Assembly (NCBI GenBank): GCA_051294375.1
Contig: JBJCIZ010001527.1
Span: forward strand, 1 to 5,850
DNA length: 5,850 nucleotides
Direction: 5' to 3'
From: Paraspadella gotoi
Lineage: Eukaryota; Animalia; Chaetognatha
Below are positions 1 through 5,850 of the stretch, piece after piece. Each line of letters opens with the position of its first letter. Within the stretch, counting starts at the first letter, position 1. The notes under the pieces are model-generated. The model made no database searches and was not told where the DNA came from. It saw nothing but the letters and a program-made list of their open reading frames with translations. The position numbers and the translations under genes are program-made.

Positions 1-99
1 AATCAATACTGGATCTGTACCATCTCATCTCTCTCCATCGTGTGCGCCGGATTCGTCGTCGCTGCGACGCTTTCACTCGGTTATAATTACGGTTTCTAA
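1..99 (+). CDS. Possible 3' end of an upstream gene (partial); hydrophobic, TM-like C-terminus NQYWICTISSLSIVCAGFVVAATLSLGYNYGF*
   Basis: Frame 1 is open from base 1 to TAA at 97-99 and encodes an uncharged stretch of more than 20 residues. Composition drops to AT-rich, UTR-like sequence right after it. No family recognised. Frame 2 is also open, to about 149. Confidence 0.35.
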   Translation, partial: NQYWICTISSLSIVCAGFVVAATLSLGYNYGF

Positions 100-746
100 G
101 ATTAATGACTTTACCATTTCGCAAAAAGTTTTTAAGAGAAAAGTCTGACTGATATGGTGAACATTTACCCCCGATGATCATTCTGCGTCTTTTGTTTTCC
201 ACTTAAGGGAAGAAACTATACATATAGTCTTTTCGAGTCTTGGGTTGTGGTAGTTAGATTTATATATATAAGTTACTGGTTAAAAAGATAGATAGCGAGC
301 TAATTCGATTATAATTTATGACAAAATCGCATATATCTTCATATATTCTCTTAGTCTTAAACGTCTATAAAATTTTTATTTTCTCTCTCTTCTCTGCATC
401 TTAAGTCTTAGCTCATGCTATTCATTAGAAAAATGTACCAAAAACTAACATCCTTTATATCAAAAATTTAATTTATAGGTAATTTATTCCTCCTCTTCTA
501 TCTCGGTTCAGTTTTTTTAGATACTCTTTGAACACTTAATACTGAACTCCTAAATTCTTTTAAAAAACACGAGTTTTATCTTACGGTATTGGCAATTTCC
601 AAATGAACAGGTCATGTTTTCAACGTAACAGGGACTATCTTTCACTTTGTGAGAATCAACATGTATCTATAATACAACTTGGTACACTGCTATACATTTT
701 TATATTTTCATCCTAAAAAACAACACGTAACGTCATTTTGAGAAAC

Positions 747-752
747 AATAAA
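747..752 (+). terminator. Candidate polyadenylation signal AATAAA for the putative upstream gene
   Basis: AATAAA about 650 nt after the TAA at 97-99. The hexamer is common by chance in AT-rich DNA. Confidence 0.2.
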
Positions 753-1043
753 TTCATTCTCTTCGCAGCTTCTCATTGCAAATGTCTTGCGAGAGAATGA
801 GTACTATTTGATAAATATGGTAAGCGAATTAGAGGTTTTGATTTTATATACTCCAATTCAACACTATACGAAATGACAACGATCAAAATGATCCTATGAT
901 CAACCGATCATAACTATTCGAATTTGATGACAACATTTTTCATTTCGCTCACTCCAATCAGCGATTTGAAGTCTCCGGTCTTCCTGGCTTGGGCGTGTTC
1001 TCCCATCAACGTCATGGCAGAATATCGTCTGCCTCAATGGATG

Positions 1044-1138
1044 TTATTCTTTGCCTGTCTTTGCGAGGACGGCCTCCCACGGCGCAAATGTCGAGACACC
1101 ACCGTAGATTTTGGAGGCCTCGTCCACCAGGCTTGTAT
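1044..1138 (-). CDS. Probable terminal coding exon of an unidentified - strand gene: (H/D)TSLVDEASKIYGGVSTFAPWEAVLAKTGKE*
   Basis: On the - strand a long C/T tract (complement of about 1143-1213) ends in CCAAAG|AT, with the acceptor AG at 1140-1139. The phase-1 frame has coding-like codons (CTG GTG GAC GAG GCC TCC AAA ATC TAC...GAG GCC GTC CTC) and stops at TAA (1046-1044). The + strand ORF 924-1238 is its in-register antisense shadow. Confidence 0.55.
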
Positions 1139-1151
1139 CTTTGGCAAGAGC

Positions 1152-1198
1152 GGGGAGGCATGGGAAGGGGGGAGGGGGGCAAAGAAGAAAGGGGGGGG
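1152..1198 (+). other. G-tract cluster (G4,G3,G6,G6,G8); potential G-quadruplex, and the polypyrimidine tract of the - strand intron
   Basis: GGGG aggcat GGG aa GGGGGG a GGGGGG caaagaagaaa GGGGGGGG read directly. Confidence 0.5.
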
Positions 1199-1385
1199 AA
1201 AGAGGAAAAAGAGATTTTTTTTATATGTAAAACTATGAAATGATAGCGATAGGCCCAGTGCGCCTATTACGGGTGGGGGAGCGGGCGCTGATGGATGGAA
1301 CAGTCGTATCCGACGGGTAGTGATATTACACATCACTACTACGGTCATTATTTCTTTCGTGAATTATTTTGTTAATTTATTTGTA

Positions 1386-1438
1386 AATTAATTAATTAAT
1401 TAATTAATTTAATTAATTAATTATATTTAAATTAATTA
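1386..1438. repeat. Imperfect (AATT)n self-complementary tetranucleotide microsatellite
   Basis: aattaattaattaattaattaatttaattaattaatta...aattaatta read directly. Confidence 0.9.
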
Positions 1439-1502
1439 GAGATGCTCCTTCCCAGATATTGTCTCCGAATGCTTTCAATTTGAGCCGCATAAATTTTTTG
1501 GT

Positions 1503-1538
1503 GTCACGTGATCGCTTCTTATAGGGCGATCGCGTGAC
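1503..1538. repeat. Inverted repeat / hairpin, 13-bp arms and 10-nt spacer
   Basis: GTCACGTGATCGC (1503-1515) pairs with GCGATCGCGTGAC (1526-1538): 12 Watson-Crick pairs plus one T-G. Confidence 0.85.
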
Positions 1539-2513
1539 TTCAACAAGTATGGATCATATATATTATATATGTAATGTTATATGCTTCGTTAAAAGGGCTC
1601 TGACTACCCGTGGCCTTCTATAACTTTTCTCAATTCATGAACGAAGATGTGAACGGACCAGATGACATTACCTGAGCCTTTGAGCTATAAGTACGGCACC
1701 GAACCGAGTTGTTCTAAGATTATCTGATCCATAAAAACTTCCATGATGGAAAAAAAATATGGACGAATACCCGGCTAAATAAATGCTTGACGTTGGGGTG
1801 TCGGTGTTGGGCGTATGTTGGTTTCCAGCAAACATGTGGCCGCACCACTTGGAGATTGGCCTTCAACAGCCGACAATGGATTTCCTCATGAAGATACGAT
1901 TGGTGTTAGTTAGTGCAGGTCGAGGGACCGATTTTTTTGAAAAACGTGCACGATCGTACTTTATTTCCCCGATGCGACGGTGTTTCGAGGGGTGAGGGGG
2001 GTGCAAGTAAGGTTCTGAGGTTCATAGGTGTTTGCTAAGTGCGAGATGGGGAAACATACGAAGCAGACGCTCCTGCTGCATAACTCATAATTTTATTATA
2101 CTAATCTTTTATTATTACTCATTTACTATTTAACTAATTAACAGTGTATCGGTTTGATCCTGGATAATAAAAATAAAGGGCGGTAGCTTCGTGATTTTTT
2201 TCGGGAAGCGCGCCCACGTTTTCTTCCTCCTCTGTTTGGTTTATCCAGATTTTGAGTTTAAAATGCCTTGATGATTTAACCTCAAATGTAATGGTACTTG
2301 AACGTATAACTCTAATTTATTATAATACCCTTAGACATTAAATGTATAATCATAACCATGTGGCGAGTGTGGTTGGGCTGGAATTCCGTTGGTAGTGGGG
2401 CTCGTGGGGTCGTCCACGTGAATAGATTTAAGACGACGGGGGACGCTAGAGGGGAAGCGACCGAGCGTGAGGTAGGAGGGGTTAATGTTCTCTTGGTGTT
2501 GCATATCACCTAC

Positions 2514-2686
2514 GTGCTCCTTGGGCTCGGTGAGCACCTGGTTCGTCGCATGATCGCGATCGCAGCTCCAATGATCGGGCGCGCCGGCGCCCGCCGGGGC
2601 CGCTTGTCGAAGAATCTCCCATCACCAGTCCGAAGATCCAACGTCGTTCGCGTGCCATTCTTGGAGCGGGCGGGCCGTGCCTTGTG
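2514..2686 (-). CDS. Probable exon (173 nt) of the unidentified - strand gene. Preferred model starts at ATG 2658: MARERRWIFGLVMGDSSTSGPGGRRRARSLELRSRSCDEPGAHRAQGA
   Basis: GC-rich island bounded on the - strand by a strong acceptor (ttttcgttttctttcctcctcttcag|CAC, AG at 2688-2687) and a donor CAC|GTAGGT (GT at 2513-2512). ATG 2658 has A at -3 and G at +4. The phase-1 junction joins in frame to the 1138-1044 exon, giving 79 aa. The reading frame is not uniquely determined. Confidence 0.5.
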
Positions 2687-2924
2687 CTGAAGAGGAGGAA
2701 AGAAAACGAAAATAATGCGCTAGAAAAATGGGCGCGAGAGGGCGGCTAGTTTGTGCGGAAAAGTCCAAGAAAAAGTTGAAGCATCGAAAGAAGGTATTTG
2801 CGTCGGAAAAATAAAAATAAATATAGCGATTATTAATGTGATTGAAAATAAACATAATAATAAACTGAAATAAAATCTACTTTGGTTTCTGAGAAATACC
2901 TGTTGCTACTTACTTAAAGAGTAG

Positions 2925-2944
2925 ATAATAATAATATAATAATA

Positions 2945-2975
<31 letters not shown>

Positions 2976-3024
2976 TAAAATAATAATAATAATAATAATA
3001 ATTAATAATAATAATAATAATAAT
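2925..3024. repeat. (AAT)n trinucleotide microsatellite, ~100 bp, with interruptions
   Basis: ataataataat... read directly. It explains the poly-Tyr tail of ORF 3002-3268. Confidence 0.95.
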
Positions 3025-3551
3025 TCGGGTCAAAAGAACAGTAAACGAACGAAAGGACAGATTGGACAATTGAACCGATTAAAGACACTGAATTCTCCAG
3101 ACTTTGGAGATTCACGCTAAACTTGGAAGAGAAGCGTTCGATGCGAGGGAAGTTGCATGCTTGAATATCCGGAATTGGCCACGCCCGACTGGGGCTAAAA
3201 AGCCGAGAGCCAGGGAACGAGCATTTGTTGGGAAAGCGTCCGCCTGGAATAGAGGAGATGGTAGTCACTACTCTGCTCTCTTTCCTTTCTTATATTTGGT
3301 TTACGGGAGTCTGCGAACTATCCATAAGCTTATAACGTAACTTCTTTTTCGACATTTTCCCGCCGTGAACCACTGACTGAATTCGCCGCAATCATCGTCG
3401 CCTGCATTTTCTGGGCGATGCATTTTGAGCGCATCTCTCGACTCCTAACCTTTCTAGAGTCCGTCCTTTTAAAAAACTTTCTTGAACGCATCCTAATCTA
3501 CGGAGCGCGCGAGTTCTCCTTTCGGCGATGAAGGATACGGATTTCGAAAAT

Positions 3552-3560
3552 GCGGTAAGT
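3552..3560 (+). other. Consensus splice donor GCG|GTAAGT; candidate end of an upstream synapsin 5' exon
   Basis: Perfect GTAAGT at 3555-3560, preceded by ATG 3528 (MKDTDFENA). The link to synapsin is inferred only. Confidence 0.35.
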
Positions 3561-3906
3561 TGGTTTTCGGACGAGCGAAAAAGAATCGACGATGTTTAAT
3601 AGCGTTTGTTTTTTTTCCTTTAATTCGAAAAAAAGCGGCGCTAGAGATTTGTTCGAAGCTGTGTAGACTTTCTGGCTATGGATGCGCTTTTGAGATTAGT
3701 GTTTGATACAGTAACTATTATATTTTTTTATTTGGGATTTTGGCTGTAACCCCGTTCGTGCTTGTTTATTGTTTTTTGTGGATATTGTTCTAGTTTACGC
3801 ACTAGGAAATTCGTATAGAGGGATAGCAGCGGCGGCGCAAACAAAGACACTCCCGGGTTAGTGGCCTTTTTTTTCTTTCGCGGCAAGAAAACGGTTTTTT
3901 TAATAC

Positions 3907-3915
3907 ACTTACTTG
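3907..3915 (-). other. Consensus splice donor CAA|GTAAGT on the - strand; candidate end of a non-coding 5' exon of the - strand gene
   Basis: + strand ACTTACTTG at 3907-3915, next to a GC-rich patch at 3921-3965. Confidence 0.3.
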
Positions 3916-4247
3916 AATTGAGCGGCTCGCGAGGCTCGCCGGGCTCGTCAGAGCTCGGGGTCGTCTTTTTTTATCAAGGCACGTGCCCTCTCTGTCTCTC
4001 TCCCCACCTATCTTTTTTTTTTTCTTATCCGCTATAAAAAGTCATACAGAGGAAGATTTTTAAGAGAGCCGAGAGAAAAAGATTCTGTGCATCAAGGGCA
4101 CAACACATGCTTAATAAAGCAAACTTTAGTTTCGTTTTCAATCCCCTTATAAAAATATTCAAATTTCTTACGATTATAATATATTAAAAAAAATATTCAA
4201 TTCTAGCACACTCCATTCCGACCCCAAAGCCAAGCAAGTATACCTAC

Positions 4248-4328
4248 TTGGGCGCGTGGGCACAGTATCTTTTTTGCTCTTCTGGGTCCACAGTTGCAAA
4301 CGGGAGATGCGACGTGGTGGTGTGTTAT
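4248..4328 (-). other. Candidate 81-nt exon of the - strand gene (5' UTR or coding)
   Basis: Acceptor cgcttttcttttcctcag|ATA (AG at 4330-4329) follows a very long - strand pyrimidine-rich tract. Donor CAA|GTAGGT (GT at 4247-4246). The length is a multiple of 3 and two frames are open. Confidence 0.4.
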
Positions 4329-4480
4329 CTGAGGAAAAGAAAAGCGCACGCGCCGACGGAACGGAAAAGGAGAAGGAAGGAGGAGGGAGGAGGGCGTGAC
4401 CCCGAAGGAGAGGAGGAAGAGCGAAGAAAGGAAGGAAGAGGAAGATAAAAAGAGAGAAAAGCCTCTCTCACGGGTGCGAC

Positions 4481-4561
<81 letters not shown>

Positions 4562-4568
4562 AAGAGAG
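4481..4568. repeat. (AG)n dinucleotide microsatellite within a polypurine region (about 4331-4572)
   Basis: agagagagag aagagagaga gagaga... read directly. It explains the ER and SL repeats in ORFs 4396-4578 and 4325-4612. Confidence 0.95.
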
Positions 4569-4948
4569 GAGATTATGAAACTACGAGCGCAGAGCCTTCT
4601 GGTGGCGGCCAAGTGCTCGAGACTGTAGTTCGCTCGGTTTTCCTTCTAGGTGGACCCTTGCTGTCGTTGGCCTGGTTTTGCAGTGGTAAAAAAAAAAAAG
4701 AAAAAAAAAAAAAGAAAAAAAGAGGAAACGGCTAGGCGTCCCACTGATGGAATCGTGGAAATTTTGTGGAAATCGTCAACCTTGATAAAATTTCGTTTAA
4801 ATTGCCTGCAATCTCAATAATCCTTGGGCTGTGACGTTTTGCGTTACGCGTATTGAATCCAGAAAAATCGTTTCCGCAGGCCAACGTCGTTTTGGCTAAT
4901 AGGACACGATCCAATCGCCAATGTATTTCGTTTAAAACGATTCCAATG

Positions 4949-4976
4949 TCTCTTTTTCTTTTTCTTTTTTTTTCAG
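4949..4976 (+). other. Strong splice acceptor (polypyrimidine tract + TTTCAG) upstream of the synapsin ATG
   Basis: tctctttttctttttctttttttttcag ending at 4976. Weaker alternatives end at 5130 (cccttcag) and 5137 (tccgcag). Confidence 0.45.
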
Positions 4977-5260
4977 ATGATCTATGACCTTTAGTCAAAA
5001 GGGGGGGTGTAAATAGAACTTTAGTTAATGCCCCAACATGAGCTGATACTCTAAAAACTACTGCATGCCAAAAAAAAACAAACCAAAACCGTTTAAAAAA
5101 AAAACCTCATAAAAACTAGAAACCCTTCAGTCCGCAGCTTTTATTGTAAAAAAAACAAACAAAAAACAAAACAAAACAAACAAAAACATTGTTTTAAAAA
5201 AAACTACGTAAATTGTAAACAAAAGAACAAATTGTAAAGAAAGAAAGAAAGTCGAGAAAA

Positions 5261-5402
5261 ATGAACTTCCTTCGACGAAGGTTCTCCGTGGGTGATCTTC
5301 AGGGCGAGCCGACGAGCATCTCGAGCCTTTGGGGAGGCGGAGGCGGCGGCGGCGGCGGCGCTGGAGCGGCGGGAGCGGCGGCGGGGAACGCGCAGGCGCA
5401 AG
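5261..5402 (+). CDS. Syn: Synapsin, first coding exon (domain A with the PKA/CaMKI RRFS site, then a poly-Gly/Ala linker)
   Basis: MNFLRRRFSVGDLQGE matches the synapsin domain A N-terminus as I recall it (vertebrate MNYLRRRLSD; invertebrate FL[KR]RRFSSGDL). AAAA precedes the ATG and there is an in-frame TAA upstream at 5216-5218. Donor CAAG|GTGGGT at 5402/5403. Confidence 0.9.
5333..5359 (+). repeat. Coding GGA/GGC repeat (Gly9)
   Basis: GGA GGC GGA (GGC)6. Confidence 0.9.
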
Positions 5403-5580
5403 GTGGGTGCCCGTCTTTATCTCTAATTGTCTCTCTCTCTGTCTCTTTTTCTCTCTTTCTTTGTTTATCTAATCTTTTCTCTTTTCTCTGACTGTCGCGT
5501 ACCTCCCTCCTTTCTCTCTCTCTCTCTCTCTTATTTTTTGCTTAATTTTAAATCAATCTTCAATTTCACTTCTTTGACAG
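5403..5580 (+). other. Syn: Synapsin intron, 178 nt, phase 1, GT-AG, CT-rich
   Basis: Starts GTGGGT, contains (CT)n tracts and ends tttcacttctttgacag. Splicing G|GA gives Gly and keeps the frame open to the window end. Confidence 0.85.
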
Positions 5581-5850
5581 GACCGGGTTCAGGACCATCC
5601 AACACGCCGCCTCCCTCCGGCGGCGGCGGCGGCGGCGGCGGCAGCGGCAGCGGCAGCGGCGGACTTGCGGGCGGGATCTCTGGCATGGCCGCCGGCGTGA
5701 CGGGCGGGATGACGGGCGGAATTTCTAGCGGGATCTCCGGCGGGATTTCCAGCGGGATCTCCGGCGGTAGGCCAAACGTCAACTTCTCCAATTTTTCTCT
5801 TCCGTTGACGCGTCAAGGGTCGACGTCAGGACTAACTCCGTCCGCACCGT
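5581..5850 (+). CDS. Syn: Synapsin, second coding exon (partial; low-complexity domain B region): GPGSGPSNTPPPSGGGGGGGGSGSGSGGLAGGISGMAAGVTGGMTGGISSGISGGISSGISGGRPNVNFSNFSLPLTRQGSTSGLTPSAP...
   Basis: No stop codon in the spliced frame. It ends in PSAP plus a T, consistent with the SAP[ST]SP MAPK-site motif of invertebrate synapsin domain B. The exon runs off the window. Confidence 0.85.
5619..5660 (+). repeat. Coding (GGC)8(AGCGGC)3 repeat (Gly8-(SerGly)3)
   Basis: Read directly. Confidence 0.9.
5715..5762 (+). repeat. Coding 24-bp tandem duplication (GGISSGIS x2)
   Basis: ggcggaatttctagcgggatctcc (5715-5738) vs ggcgggatttccagcgggatctcc (5739-5762): two differences, both synonymous. Confidence 0.9.

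Noticed and set aside
975-1015. SECIS-like ATGA-N12-AA in the - strand 3' UTR, which would support Sec at the TGA 2624-2622
   Set aside because: The spacing fits, but by hand helix II pairs only about 4 bp and there is no convincing helix I. The W*W context has no redox motif. A SECISearch run would settle it.
924-1348. ORFs 924-1238, 989-1243 (+) and 1034-1348 (-) as standalone genes
   Set aside because: They run through the G/A low-complexity tract and are better explained as shadows or off-frame readings of the 1138-1044 exon.
1770-1995. ORF 1783-1995 or an extra - strand exon in this moderately GC-rich patch
   Set aside because: No convincing polypyrimidine acceptor and no recognisable peptide in the frames I read.
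2514-2686. Resemblance of RRWIFGLV to the W[VI]FG motif of Merlin/IS1595-type transposases
   Set aside because: Only a short motif. No EIDES or SDxW catalytic motifs, terminal inverted repeats or long ORF are visible.
2312-2690. ORFs 2358-2690 (+), 2312-2509 (-) and 2331-2537 (-)
   Set aside because: The splice signals point to the - strand exon. The + ORF is its antisense shadow and the others run through intron sequence.
2894-2915. - strand donor-like sites (CAG|GTATTT, TAA|GTAAGT) and a possible micro-exon beside the AAT repeat
   Set aside because: No exon-like body, and it cannot be supported without transcript data.
3002-3340. ORFs 3002-3268 (-) and 3104-3340 (+), and a - strand acceptor near 3245
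   Set aside because: No matching strong donor, non-ATG starts, no recognisable product, and one ORF ends in the microsatellite.
3528-3554. MKDTDFENA as an N-terminal extension of synapsin
   Set aside because: A phase-0 splice to 4977, 5131 or 5138 meets stop codons before ATG 5261, and the 5581 acceptor is phase 1. At most it is a uORF.
4248-4998. ORFs 4248-4448, 4325-4612, 4396-4578 and 4732-4998
   Set aside because: The first three are products of the polypurine/(AG)n tract. The last has a non-ATG start and crosses a poly-T tract.
5204-5816. - strand ORFs 5204-5401, 5531-5791 and 5589-5816, and the unspliced tail of ORF 5261-5491
   Set aside because: These are antisense readings of GGC-rich synapsin exons. 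The SLSLIVSLSV tail is translated (CT)n intron.
1-5850. CRISPR-like array, prokaryotic operon, tRNA or rRNA
   Set aside because: No regularly spaced direct repeats with unique spacers, no long intronless ORFs, and no cloverleaf or rRNA motifs recognised.

Overview
Eukaryotic (animal, invertebrate-type) genomic DNA: AT-rich non-coding sequence with microsatellites, GT-AG introns and short GC-rich exons. I see no prokaryotic, CRISPR, rRNA or tRNA features. The clearest feature is the 5' coding end of a synapsin gene on the + strand. Exon 5261-5402 encodes domain A (MNFLRRRFSVGDLQGE, with the PKA/CaMKI RRFS site). A phase-1 intron (5403-5580) follows, then an exon from 5581 to the window end encoding a Gly/Ser-rich region ending ...TPSAP. 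Upstream and divergent from it is a probable spliced - strand gene that the ORF track misses (candidate exons 4328-4248, 2686-2514, 1138-1044). Its best model is a ~79-aa protein I cannot assign to a family, and its reading frame is ambiguous. Bases 1-99 may be the hydrophobic C-terminus of another + strand gene. Most ORFs in the supplied track are antisense shadows or microsatellite artefacts. The main leads are an editable Arg codon inside a hairpin at the synapsin kinase site, a G-hydrophobic-x-x repeat in synapsin, and possible head-to-head overlap between synapsin and the unknown gene.
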